The translations under genes and the position numbers were made by a program. Source: Calothrix sp. NIES-2100 (GTDB taxonomy: Bacteria > Cyanobacteriota > Cyanobacteriia > Cyanobacteriales > Nostocaceae). From it: a stretch of 64,000 nt of DNA. The DNA lies in NCBI GenBank assembly GCA_002368195.1, contig AP018178.1, positions 5,273,286-5,337,285 on the forward strand, given 5' to 3'. The notes under the pieces were generated by a model, which did no database searches, was not told where the DNA came from, and was given only the letters and a program-made list of their open reading frames with translations. This document shows, one piece after another, positions 41,408 through 51,160 of this stretch (position 1 is the first letter of the stretch; every line of letters starts with the position of its first letter).

Positions 41408-42154
41408 TTATAAGGGTTTTGCGAACGGTCTAATGTTAATATCAGTCACTTCAGCAGTACGAGGTAAGCTAAGAGCGTTAATCACTACATCAGCCACATC
41501 ATCTGGTTGCATGAGACGTTCTGGGTGATAAGGTTTACCCTCTATTTCGTGAATTCTGGCTTGTAGAGGAGTAGCAGTCCGGCCAGGAAACACGTTAATA
41601 ACCCGTATTTGCTCAACATTCACTTCTTCGCGGAGACTATCAGCGATCGCCTTGAGGGCGTGTTGGGTAGCAGCATATTGTCCCAAATTCGCCCTAGGAC
41701 TGTTAATTACACTGGAGTTGATAAACAAAATTTGTCCGCTACTAGATAAAAGCATCGGGAGTAAAGTTTGTGTCAACAGATAAGGTGCACGAACATTAAC
41801 CCGATAAAGCAAGTCTAACTCTTGAACAGAACTCGTTTGCAATGTCCCCATTGAGAACATACCTGCACTTTGGATAAGCAAGTCAATCTGCTCAAAATCT
41901 CGCTCCAGATTTGTTTTTAGTTTGCGGATATCTTCATCGATCGTCAAGTCGATTGCATAGCAAACAACTTTAGGGGAAGTTTCAAGAGCGATCGCGGCTA
42001 CTGTTTGCAGGGTTTCCAAGTTGCGTCCTAGCAAACAAAGTTTTACACCTTGCGCAGCCAAACCTAAAGCGATCGCTCTCCCGATTCCACTACTAGCCCC
42101 TGTGAGAACTGCAACCTGACCGATTAAAGTTTCCATTTTGAGAGTACTATTCAA
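41408..42154 (-). CDS. short-chain dehydrogenase/reductase (candidate sugar ketoreductase)
   Basis: TGASSGIGRA Rossmann motif; SDR catalytic region with YAATQHALK-type YxxxK; 248 aa. Confidence 0.8.
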   Translation of the reverse strand: MNSTLKMETLIGQVAVLTGASSGIGRAIALGLAAQGVKLCLLGRNLETLQTVAAIALETSPKVVCYAIDLTIDEDIRKLKTNLERDFEQIDLLIQSAGMFSMGTLQTSSVQELDLLYRVNVRAPYLLTQTLLPMLLSSSGQILFINSSVINSPRANLGQYAATQHALKAIADSLREEVNVEQIRVINVFPGRTATPLQARIHEIEGKPYHPERLMQPDDVADVVINALSLPRTAEVTDINIRPFAKPL

Positions 42155-42229
42155 TTCAGTATTGAAGTTGTATTGCTAATGAAATCCTTTGACACTAACC
42201 CATCAAGCTATGCTGTGCTTTTCCCAGCT

Positions 42230-42787
42230 TTACGTTACCCTAGGTGTGACAATTTTTGTCCGCTCAAATAAACTCCAAGTTTTATCTTTTTCCGATATTT
42301 CACTCACTCTTAGAGGCCATTCAATATCAAAAGCTGGGTCATCATAACGATATCCATCGGCATATTCTGGAGCATAGAAATCACCCATTTGATACATCAC
42401 CTCTGTGTCATCGCTAAGAGTTTGAAAACCATGAGCAAATCTATCCGGGATATAAAGCGCCCGCCGATTGTCAGCAGTTAACTCTACACCAATGTGAGAT
42501 AAATAAGTCGGAGATTCTGGGCGTAAATCAATAATCACATCATAAATTGCACCCTGGATGCAACGCACTAACTTTGTTTCCTGGGAAGGAGGCTTTTGAT
42601 AATGCATCCCCCGCAATGTTCCTTTTTTATTATTAAAAGATAAATTGCATTGAGCGATTGTAGATTTTAATCCATAAGCTGCAAATTCATTGATGCAAAA
42701 AGTCCGAGCGAAAAAACCCCGTTCATCCTGGCGCAACTCTAAATCAATAATAAATGCCCCTTTTAGCTTAGTTTCAGTGAATAACAT
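42230..42787 (-). CDS. NDP-4-keto-6-deoxyhexose 3,5-epimerase (RmlC-like cupin)
   Basis: 185 aa; conserved GxLRGMHYQ region (KGTLRGMHYQ) and overall RmlC pattern. Confidence 0.8.
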   Translation of the reverse strand: MLFTETKLKGAFIIDLELRQDERGFFARTFCINEFAAYGLKSTIAQCNLSFNNKKGTLRGMHYQKPPSQETKLVRCIQGAIYDVIIDLRPESPTYLSHIGVELTADNRRALYIPDRFAHGFQTLSDDTEVMYQMGDFYAPEYADGYRYDDPAFDIEWPLRVSEISEKDKTWSLFERTKIVTPRVT

Positions 42788-42803
42788 AAATTTCTAAATT
42801 CGA

Positions 42804-43457
42804 TTAAAAAAACATTTTTCGGCAGTAAAAGGCTTCAGCGTAATTATTAGGTGAATTAGATTCTATTCCCCGAATTCTCAGGATTGAACGAAAAGTATCT
42901 TCTGTAAACCATTGCTTATGATTCTGGGTGAGAAATGAATCTAGAATATAGTTGATTTTTTGCCGACAAATTGTGTCATCTAAATGCACAAAGAAATTAG
43001 GAATCCCCAAGTCACCATCGTACTTGGGGATTTCATATTCCAGAATTAAATGATTTCTAAATGTGTTCCAAGTCAAATTGGAAATTAAACGATGATCTTG
43101 ATGGCGATCGTCTCGGTGATGAGTCAAAATAATATCTGGGTCAAATTCCTGCTTCAACTCCTCAAAGCATTCTTTTACCTCTATTCCGTGGAAAGGTAAA
43201 AAGCCATCTCGAAAATTTTTAATGATGACTTTCTTTGTGTTTACCTCTTTTAAAAAAAGATTGGCGCTTGCAATTGCTTCCTGCTTTCTCTCCTCGTTGG
43301 AACTAAATACTACCCAATATACAATGACATTTTTGTAATTTTCAATCAGTTTTAAGACTGTCCCTCCACAGCCGATTTCAATATCATCGCAATGAGCGCC
43401 TAGACAGAGAATCTTATATTGCGATTCATCTGTCTTATTCAAGCTAAGCTTGATCAT
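42804..43457 (-). CDS. PIG-L/LmbE family deacetylase
   Basis: N-terminal AHCDDIEIGCGG metal-binding motif; 217 aa; 4-nt overlap with upstream gene. Confidence 0.75.
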   Translation of the reverse strand: MIKLSLNKTDESQYKILCLGAHCDDIEIGCGGTVLKLIENYKNVIVYWVVFSSNEERKQEAIASANLFLKEVNTKKVIIKNFRDGFLPFHGIEVKECFEELKQEFDPDIILTHHRDDRHQDHRLISNLTWNTFRNHLILEYEIPKYDGDLGIPNFFVHLDDTICRQKINYILDSFLTQNHKQWFTEDTFRSILRIRGIESNSPNNYAEAFYCRKMFF

Positions 43458-44251
43458 ACATGAGATGCCTCTAGATTTTTATCTCTCCATACTTCCCAAG
43501 GTCTTACACCCTGAGCATACATATCATCCAACTGTTGCTTTTCTTTAAAGGTATCCATAACCCCAAAAAAGCCAGTATATTTATAAGCAATCAGTTCCTG
43601 TTGATTAATCAGTCTTTGAAAAGGTTCTAGAACAAGTTCTTCCCCATAATTAATATACTTGAAAATATCTTTTTTGAAGATAAAATATCCCCCATTAATC
43701 CAGATATCACGCTGCTTCACATCCTGGAGGTCTTGCACCAAACCATTATCATCTATATCTACTAAATGAAAACTTTGGCTTGGTCTCACACACAGAAAAC
43801 TACCTATTTTATCACGCCGATAAAAATTATCAATGTATGTAGGTAAATGCAAATTTGTCAAGCCGTCACTGTAATTAGCGAGAAATACTTCTTCGCCATC
43901 AAGATATTCTTCAATTGCCTTAAACCTTTGTCCAATATTAGCAGTTAAACCAGTATCCACAAAAGTGATATTCCAATCTTGGATATCATGGTTAAACAGT
44001 TGAATTTTGCTGCCACTAGAAAGAGTAAAGTTATTAGAAAGCCATTCATTATAATTTAAGAAATAGCTTTTTATTAGATCAGCTTTATAACCCAAACACA
44101 AGATAAAATCCTTATGTCCATAATGGGCATAGTATTTCATCACATGCCATAAAATCGGTCTATATCCGATATTAACCATCGGCTTAGGAATGGATTCGGA
44201 ATAATCTCTCATCCGCGTACCTAAACCACCACAAAATAGTACTACTTTCAT
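43454..44251 (-). CDS. rfbF: glucose-1-phosphate cytidylyltransferase
   Basis: MKVVLFCGGLGTRMRDYSESIPKPMVNIGYRPILWHVMKYYAHYGHKDFILCLGYK matches the RfbF N-terminus closely. Confidence 0.85.
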   Translation of the reverse strand: MKVVLFCGGLGTRMRDYSESIPKPMVNIGYRPILWHVMKYYAHYGHKDFILCLGYKADLIKSYFLNYNEWLSNNFTLSSGSKIQLFNHDIQDWNITFVDTGLTANIGQRFKAIEEYLDGEEVFLANYSDGLTNLHLPTYIDNFYRRDKIGSFLCVRPSQSFHLVDIDDNGLVQDLQDVKQRDIWINGGYFIFKKDIFKYINYGEELVLEPFQRLINQQELIAYKYTGFFGVMDTFKEKQQLDDMYAQGVRPWEVWRDKNLEASHV

Positions 44252-44261
44252 TTTGCACCTC

Positions 44262-44346
44262 AGTTAATAGTCAATAGTCAATAGTCATTTGTTATTATCT
44301 CCCTCATCTCCCTTATCCCCCACATCCCTAGCCCCTATCCCCTATC
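44262..44346. repeat. STRR heptamer arrays inside sugar operon intergenic gap
   Basis: tcaatagtcaatagtcaatagtca...ccctcatctccc...cctagcccctatcccctatcccc. Confidence 0.8.
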
Positions 44347-44348
44347 CC

Positions 44349-45593
44349 CTAGTAAACATTAACTTCCGGAATAGGGACAACAAACTTACCGCCCCAATCG
44401 CGAATGTAAGAAATTTGTGTCATAATTTCATCCTTAAGATTCCAGGGTAAAATCAGCACATAATCAGGTTTAGTTTCTTGAATTTTGTCAGGATGAAAAA
44501 TGGGAATGTGAGTCCCTGGTAAAAATTGACATTGTTTGTAGGGACTACGATCTACTGTATAGTCAATAAAATCTGTACGAATACCGCAGTAGTTTAACAA
44601 AGTATTTCCCTTACCAGGAGCGCCATAACCAACAATTGTTTTACCTTCACGCTTAACTTTGATCAAAAAATCTAATAACTTGCGTTTGGTTTCTTTAACT
44701 TTCTCACCAAAATCAAAATAATATTCTAATTTCGTAAAACCAGCGGCTTCTTCTCTAGCTTTCAGTTCTAAAACCTGCTGACTAATAGGTTTAGAATCGT
44801 CTTCTGTGTGACGGGCATAAATTCTTAAAGAACCGCCATGAGTAGATAATTCTTCGACATCAAATATAGTCAAACCGTGAGCAGCAAAAATTTTCTCTAC
44901 CGTAGTGAAGGAAAAATAAGAGAAATGCTCGTGGTAAATAGTATCAAATTGATTTTCTTCTATTAACCTCATGAGATGAGGGAATTCCATCGTAATCACA
45001 CCGTGCTGTTTCAGGATAATTTTCATCCCTTTAACGAAATCATTGAGGTACGGTGTATGAGCAAGGACATTATTTCCCAGTAATAAATCCGCCTGTTTTC
45101 CCTTAGCAACTTGTTCTTGGGCTGTCTCCTGTCCAAAAAATTTGACAACGGTGGGAATCCCTTTTTTAATCGCTACTTCAGCAACATTTGCAGCTGGTTC
45201 GATTCCCAAAGCCGGAATATCTTTGGCAACAAAGTATTGCAGTAAGTAACCATCATTACTCGCAATTTCTATGACTTGGCTTTCCTGATTTAGTTGGAAA
45301 CGCTCAACTGCCATATCAACATATTTTTTGGCGTGTTGCAACCAGCTATCGGAGTAGGAAGAAAAATAAGCGTAGTCGCTAAAGATATTTTCCGGACTTA
45401 TGTATTCTTGGAGTTGAACTAAAAAACAATTGTCGCAAACATAAACATGCAATGGATAAAAAGGCTCCATTTCATTTAGCTGTTTAATGTTGCGATAGCT
45501 TTCGCAAGGAGGAGACATACCTAAATCTACGAAGGTATGCTGTAATCCGTTCCCACAAAATAGACAATTACCAGTTGTGTGTTGAATATTCAT
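44349..45593 (-). CDS. NDP-hexose C-methyltransferase (TylC3/EryBIII-like)
   Basis: N-terminal Cys4 zinc ribbon (CLFCGNG...CESY...CDNCFLVQ), class I SAM MTase core, C-methyltransferase C-terminal domain; 414 aa. Confidence 0.75.
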   Translation of the reverse strand: MNIQHTTGNCLFCGNGLQHTFVDLGMSPPCESYRNIKQLNEMEPFYPLHVYVCDNCFLVQLQEYISPENIFSDYAYFSSYSDSWLQHAKKYVDMAVERFQLNQESQVIEIASNDGYLLQYFVAKDIPALGIEPAANVAEVAIKKGIPTVVKFFGQETAQEQVAKGKQADLLLGNNVLAHTPYLNDFVKGMKIILKQHGVITMEFPHLMRLIEENQFDTIYHEHFSYFSFTTVEKIFAAHGLTIFDVEELSTHGGSLRIYARHTEDDSKPISQQVLELKAREEAAGFTKLEYYFDFGEKVKETKRKLLDFLIKVKREGKTIVGYGAPGKGNTLLNYCGIRTDFIDYTVDRSPYKQCQFLPGTHIPIFHPDKIQETKPDYVLILPWNLKDEIMTQISYIRDWGGKFVVPIPEVNVY

Positions 45594-45629
45594 GATTTAA
45601 ATTTATTTTTTAAATACCGAATTTTAAAC

Positions 45630-46658
45630 TTAAAGAGTACGCCAGAAGAAGCTTTGATCAATTTGCTGAGTGCGAATGAGATACTCAAGTTGTTTCAAGC
45701 GAGTAAAGGCTCTAAACTCAAATGTTTCTTTACTCATATCAATTTGCTTAAAGACATTATAAAGTTGTTGCGCACCCCGTTGAGCATTCCATTCACATTT
45801 GAATCCTGGCAAAGTTTGGTTAATTTTATCGAAAGAAACCCGATAGCTACGGTTATCAGGATCATGTTTGCCAAAGCTTAATTGACAACCTGTAAAAACA
45901 TCTGCAACTATTTGGGCAATTTCTTTAACTTGATAGTTGCTATTTGTATCACCGACATTAAAAATTTGGTTGTGAATTACATCACGCGGAGCTTCTAAGG
46001 TACAGATAATTGCTTTACAAATATCCAGCAGATGTACTAAAGGCCGCCAAGGTGTACCATCACTGTTCATCTTAATTTCTTTAATTGTCCATGCCCAACC
46101 TGCGAGATTGTTTAAGACAATATCAAAGCGCATCCTGGGGGAGGCTCCATAAGCTGTCGCATTGCGCAAAAAGGTAGGAGAAAAGCTATCATCAGCTAAG
46201 AGTTTTACATCCTGTTCTACCAATGCTTTGCATTTAGCATAAGCTGTTTGGGGATTGATGTTAGACTCTTCGTTGACATAATCTTCAGTAGCAAAGCCAT
46301 AAACACTGCATGAGGATGTGTAGACAAAGCGTCGTACTCCTGCTTCCTTAGCCAGTTTTGCTAAATGTACTGAGCCTTTATGATTAATATCGTAGGTAAT
46401 ATTGGGCGCTAATTGTCCTAGTGGATCGTTGGAGAGTTCTGCCATGTGAACTACTGCTTCTATTCCTTCGAGATCAGCAGCTTGTAGATTGCGAATGTCT
46501 TTGTTTAAAGTTTTGGCAGTTAGCTCTGTGCCGTTGTACAACCAGCCTACTTTATAAAAGCCCGTATCCACAGCAAGAACTTCATAACCTTGTTGCAGTA
46601 ACAGGGGGGCTAATAATGAGCCGATATAACCTTCAGTTCCAGTGACAAGTACTTTCAT
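45630..46658 (-). CDS. NAD-dependent sugar epimerase/dehydratase (candidate CDP-hexose 4,6-dehydratase)
   Basis: VLVTGTEGYIGSLL Rossmann motif, catalytic YAKCK; 342 aa. Confidence 0.8.
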   Translation of the reverse strand: MKVLVTGTEGYIGSLLAPLLLQQGYEVLAVDTGFYKVGWLYNGTELTAKTLNKDIRNLQAADLEGIEAVVHMAELSNDPLGQLAPNITYDINHKGSVHLAKLAKEAGVRRFVYTSSCSVYGFATEDYVNEESNINPQTAYAKCKALVEQDVKLLADDSFSPTFLRNATAYGASPRMRFDIVLNNLAGWAWTIKEIKMNSDGTPWRPLVHLLDICKAIICTLEAPRDVIHNQIFNVGDTNSNYQVKEIAQIVADVFTGCQLSFGKHDPDNRSYRVSFDKINQTLPGFKCEWNAQRGAQQLYNVFKQIDMSKETFEFRAFTRLKQLEYLIRTQQIDQSFFWRTL

Positions 46659-46669
46659 ATACGCAAATC

Positions 46670-48541
46670 CTAGGCTGTAATTGCAGGTTGTAGATGCTTT
46701 GGTTCAGTAGCAATAGTTAATGGCTGAATTTCTTGATGATTTACCAGCAATACTTTGGAGACAATTTCATCTCGCAAAGGGGCTGCTTCGTCTTGGGTTA
46801 ACCAAAAGAAGAGCTTTGCTAATGATTGTGGAGAACGATCAATTTTGAGGATTTCTTGGAGCATCAGCAAAGCTCCAGCTAAATTACCCGCCTTGAGAGG
46901 AATTGCTGCATTTGCCAGACAATAATTAAAGTTATAGCTACGAGCTTGACGTGTAATCTCTGAACACAGGTCAGTAGGAAGATAACTCTCAGTAATTTCT
47001 ATATTTTGGCGAATGTAAGCGGCAAGTTTCCCAGATACTAATTGACCATCTGTCATGTTGTTAGTATGCAAGCGGTAACATGCCAAACTTCCTGGCTCGT
47101 ACAACCAATCATAAACAACAGCAATGCGCTTGTATAGTTCCCATTCAGGGGCGCAAACTAATTCAGGATGATAACCTCCTCTGTGTTCATAAGTTACCCG
47201 ACGAATTACAACCGCAGGTACCTGCAACGGAAGTGTGATACCAATTATTTGCAGAAAATTCTGAAGTATGCCTTTGTGTTCTCCAAACAAGGAAACTGGT
47301 TCTCCTGGGTTAACTACTGTTCCTGTCTCATTGATGTATTCAAAACCTGTGAAAGCTGCTCCCACAGAATCTGGACAATCTTCGAGACTATGCTGGAGAC
47401 GGGCGTAAAAATTTGGAAAAACACAATCGTCATCATGTAAAATATGAATCCATTCACCCCGACTAACGCTAACACCCACATTATGATTTGGTAGTGCGCC
47501 AACATTTTGCTGATTGCGGTAGTAGCGAATTACTCCTCCCCCCAAACTATTCACTAGATCAAATAAAGGTTTGGTACTGGCATTGTCCATCACCAGTATT
47601 TCCATTTGCTCTGCCCCAGGCCATTGCACCAGAACGCTAGCTAGACATTCGAGTAGATAATCAGTACGGTTATATACCGGAATCACGACAGACCAAAACG
47701 GTCGAGGTTGCTCAGGGTTGGTGACAGGTGGTATCCCTGGAAACTGATAAGCGCCTACAGTAACTTCGCAGTGGGGTATGGGTGGAGTAACAAGGATATC
47801 CTGAGGGCTGCCAGCTTCTTGATAAGCGGCTACTGCTTGGGCATAGTGAGGATTGAGTAACTTTAATCCTTGGCGATAAGCCGCGATCGCACCCGGAAAA
47901 TCCTTCTGTTGTTGATAAACCCTGCCTAATTTGAGGTACAGTTCGCCATTATCAGGATTGAGTTCCACAGCTTTTTGATAATAAGCGGCAGCAATTTGCC
48001 AATCTCCGGCTGTTTCCCGTTCCATTGCCAATTGCTGATTCAATTGCTCGTAGTAGCTTTTTTGTTCTGCTAAAAGCTTCCCTTGGCTATGCAGTATGTT
48101 GCCTAAATTTACCTCGGCTTCTGTACAGTTAGGCTGAATTTCTAAGGCTTTTTGGTAGCAGCTAACTGCCTCATCTAGCTGCCCTTGTTGTTGGAAGGTG
48201 TAACCCAGGTTGTTGTAAATTGGAGCAGCATCTGGCTTGAGGGCGATCGCTTGTTGGTAAGCTACCACTGCTGCTGCTAATTTACCTTGAGCTTGCTGCA
48301 AATTCCCTAAACTAAACCAGGCGGGAAATAATTGCGGTTGCGCCGCCAATGCTGCATTGAGTAACTCCTCTGCTTGGAGTAGATTACCACGCTGTTGTGC
48401 TATTGTACCTAATCTATATAATGCCTCTGGATGATCGGGCTGTGTTTCCAAAACCTGATGGTATATCATCTCAGCCTGCTCTAAACGATTAGCTCGATGA
48501 TTTTCAATAGCAAGTTGAAGGAGTTCAGAAGCGTTTACCAT
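46670..48541 (-). CDS. TPR-repeat protein fused to family-2 glycosyltransferase domain
   Basis: N-terminal ~250 aa TPR repeats; C-terminal GT-A domain (FWSVVIPVYNRTDYLLECLASVLVQ...VMDNAS...HDDD). Confidence 0.8.
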   Translation of the reverse strand: MVNASELLQLAIENHRANRLEQAEMIYHQVLETQPDHPEALYRLGTIAQQRGNLLQAEELLNAALAAQPQLFPAWFSLGNLQQAQGKLAAAVVAYQQAIALKPDAAPIYNNLGYTFQQQGQLDEAVSCYQKALEIQPNCTEAEVNLGNILHSQGKLLAEQKSYYEQLNQQLAMERETAGDWQIAAAYYQKAVELNPDNGELYLKLGRVYQQQKDFPGAIAAYRQGLKLLNPHYAQAVAAYQEAGSPQDILVTPPIPHCEVTVGAYQFPGIPPVTNPEQPRPFWSVVIPVYNRTDYLLECLASVLVQWPGAEQMEILVMDNASTKPLFDLVNSLGGGVIRYYRNQQNVGALPNHNVGVSVSRGEWIHILHDDDCVFPNFYARLQHSLEDCPDSVGAAFTGFEYINETGTVVNPGEPVSLFGEHKGILQNFLQIIGITLPLQVPAVVIRRVTYEHRGGYHPELVCAPEWELYKRIAVVYDWLYEPGSLACYRLHTNNMTDGQLVSGKLAAYIRQNIEITESYLPTDLCSEITRQARSYNFNYCLANAAIPLKAGNLAGALLMLQEILKIDRSPQSLAKLFFWLTQDEAAPLRDEIVSKVLLVNHQEIQPLTIATEPKHLQPAITA

Positions 48542-48582
48542 ATTTAATTATCTGATTAATTAAGCAATTTTTTAACTAACTT

Positions 48583-50502
48583 TCAGTTGTTATCAAAATC
48601 AATTGGCAGTGAGATTAATTTATGAGCGATCGCATCCCTGAGGGGAGCCGCTTCATCACAGGTTAACCAAATAAATGACTGTGCCACTGCTTCAGGCGAG
48701 GAATCTACAATCAAGGCTTCTTGGAGTTTTACAGCAGCAGCATTAACATTGCCAATTTTTAGTAAATGTGTGGCTTGTGCTAGGAAATTTTGCCAGTAAA
48801 AACTTCGTGATTTAGCAGTAATATTTGCAGCATCTTCTACAGGCAGATAGCTTTCGGAGATTTCAATTGCCCGACTGATATCTTTTCCTTGATTTCCTGC
48901 TAATGAAAGTTCGGTAGTGGCATTTTGAGAATGCTCGCGGTAGCGTGCTAAAACTTCCGGCTCACACCACCAATCATCAGTAGCCGCAATGCGTTTGTAG
49001 AGTTCCCAGTCAGGAGTATATTTCAACTCAGGATGATAAACACCAAGCCTTTCATGGGTGGCGCGCCGAATAACCACCGCAGGCATATTTAATGGGTTAC
49101 CTATCCCAATCCCCTCTATCCAATTTGGCGCTATGCCTCTATACTCTCCATATAGTTTTTGAGTGAAAATTACTTGACCGCGATCGTTAATATTTTCGTA
49201 ACCTGTAAAAGCTGCACCCACCGAGTCTGGACAATTTTCTAAACTCTGCTGTAATCGTTCATAAAATCCAGGCAGAATCAAATCATCATCGTGAAGCAAG
49301 TGAATCCACTGTCCCCGACTCAAAGCAACTCCAGCATTCCAATTACCTGGTAAGCCAAGATTTTGCTGGTTGTGGTAGTAGCGTACTATTCCACCCCCAA
49401 TTGAATTGACTAACTCAGCCAGAGATGAGGAACTAGAATCATCCATGACGATGATTTCCATGTTCTCTGCCCCCTGCCATTGTCGCAGTACACTGGCAAG
49501 ACATTCAAGCAGATAGCTTTTACGGTTATATACAGTAACTACAACAGTCCAAAACGGTCGATTTTCTGCACTGGCTAACACTGGTGAAATTGCGGGAAAT
49601 CGATTTTTGCCAACAATCACTTCTTCAAAGGTAATCGGCGGGGTAGCTTGTTCTAACTGGGTGTAAGTACTATCATCAACCGCCACTGCTTTTGCATAGT
49701 GGGGATTAACTAAGCTTAACCCTTGCCGATATGCACCCACCGCCTTTGGGAATTGGTTTTGCTTTTGATAAATGCTACCTAGGTTAAAGTAAACTTCTCC
49801 ATAGTTGGGGTTGATTTGTTGGACTCTTTCGTAACAAGCGATCGCCTCTTCTAATGTCCCTTGTTCTTGCAGCACTACTCCCAAGTTATAATGAGCTTCT
49901 AGTAAATCGGGTTGTAGTGCGATCGCTTGTCTGTAGTAGGTAACAGCATTCTGCAAATCTCCGGCTTTTTTATGAGCAACACCCAACTTGTTATTTAATT
50001 TTGCATAGTGAAGTTTTTGCTCGCTAGAAAGCTTACCTTGGGCGTGCAGTGTATTCCCCAAATTCGCTTCGGCTTCGCTAAAATCTGGTTTTAATTCGAG
50101 AGCTTTTTGATAGTAGTTAATTGCTTCGTCAAATAGTCCTTGTTGTTGCAGCGCATAGCCCAAGTTGTTGCAAATTGGTATTGAATCCCGTCGGAGAGCT
50201 AAAGCTTGATGGTATGCTGTTACTGCTTGTGAAAACTGCTGTTGAGCTAAACGCAAATTACCTAAACTGAACCAAGCCTTAACAAAGTCAGGCTGCACCT
50301 GCACAACAGTATTCCAGAACTTTTCTGCCGACTCTAACTCACCTTTTTGCTGTGCTAGTACACCTAATCTGTATAATGCTTCTGGATGGTTTGGTTCTTC
50401 TACTAACACCTGATGGTAACTTTGTTCAGCTTCGATTAATTGATTAGCTTGATGATACTTAATAGCAACTTGAAGAGTTGAGGAAGAAGAAATCGTCACC
50501 AT
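48583..50502 (-). CDS. TPR-repeat protein fused to family-2 glycosyltransferase domain (paralogue, first gene of operon)
   Basis: collinear with 46670..48541 (FWTVVVTVYNRKSYLLECLASVLRQ...VMDDSS...HDDD). Confidence 0.8.
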   Translation of the reverse strand: MVTISSSSTLQVAIKYHQANQLIEAEQSYHQVLVEEPNHPEALYRLGVLAQQKGELESAEKFWNTVVQVQPDFVKAWFSLGNLRLAQQQFSQAVTAYHQALALRRDSIPICNNLGYALQQQGLFDEAINYYQKALELKPDFSEAEANLGNTLHAQGKLSSEQKLHYAKLNNKLGVAHKKAGDLQNAVTYYRQAIALQPDLLEAHYNLGVVLQEQGTLEEAIACYERVQQINPNYGEVYFNLGSIYQKQNQFPKAVGAYRQGLSLVNPHYAKAVAVDDSTYTQLEQATPPITFEEVIVGKNRFPAISPVLASAENRPFWTVVVTVYNRKSYLLECLASVLRQWQGAENMEIIVMDDSSSSSLAELVNSIGGGIVRYYHNQQNLGLPGNWNAGVALSRGQWIHLLHDDDLILPGFYERLQQSLENCPDSVGAAFTGYENINDRGQVIFTQKLYGEYRGIAPNWIEGIGIGNPLNMPAVVIRRATHERLGVYHPELKYTPDWELYKRIAATDDWWCEPEVLARYREHSQNATTELSLAGNQGKDISRAIEISESYLPVEDAANITAKSRSFYWQNFLAQATHLLKIGNVNAAAVKLQEALIVDSSPEAVAQSFIWLTCDEAAPLRDAIAHKLISLPIDFDNN

Positions 50503-50700
50503 ATAAATTTCTCTAATAATTTGTAATAGCTAAACCCATAAAAAGCCAGGGCTGTCTTCAAATCAGCTGCTTATTTTGGAGTCACACCCAACTTTTTATT
50601 TATTGATGCATAACTAATATAGTTACTTTGTAAATTTTTTTACCTTCGGTTTTTTATAAATATCTACTACTACTATTAGCTAAATAAATTCCATTTGTAT

Positions 50701-50743
50701 AGTCAAATTGGCTAGAAATCAAAATTTTCTAGCCAATTTGGCT
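50701..50743. promoter_or_regulatory. paired AG(T/C)CAAATTGGCT palindromic motifs, 30-nt centre-to-centre, ~200 nt upstream of sugar/GT operon
   Basis: agtcaaattggctagaaatcaaaattttctagccaatttggct; also forms a 15-nt-arm inverted repeat. Confidence 0.45.
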
Positions 50744-50879
50744 GAGATTTTAATTGCTGCACTCAGTCTGAATTATAAATTATAAAATCTTAGTAAATCT
50801 TAAAAATTGCCGCCAAGTCGATGTAGAGTATGAGAATTACCTGATGTGGACAGAGTGGTATCCAAATTTACTTGATATT

Positions 50880-50950
50880 TAAAGCAGTTGGGATAAATTT
50901 CCCAAGGTTTTTGACAACAAGCGATCGCCTCTTCTAACTAGCTTTGTTCT
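50880..50950 (-). pseudogene. decayed fragment of a TPR-GT paralogue
   Basis: ...acaagcgatcgcctcttctaa...ttgttctgggagtacaacacc closely matches 49845-49900 inside the intact gene, but has no ORF. Confidence 0.4.
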
Positions 50951-50967
50951 GGGAGTACAACACCCTG

Positions 50968-51160
50968 TTAAAATAATTCGTAATTCGTAATTCGTAATTT
51001 TTAATGTAGGGGCACCTTCACCGATATCCTTGTTGAGTACCGACGATCCAAATAAACCCGCCCCTATAGACAGGCGTATCGCCTGACTCAAACAAATTCA
51101 CGTATAGAGTCAGGGGAATTAAACCCAAAAATTACGAATTAGTAATTCGTTAAAATTGAC
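50968..51160. mobile_element. MITE-like element with ~20-bp terminal inverted repeats built on AATTCGT units
   Basis: left aattcgtaattcgtaattcgtaattttt; right aaaaattacgaattagtaattcgtt (reverse complement); ~130-bp core; no ORF. Confidence 0.35.
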
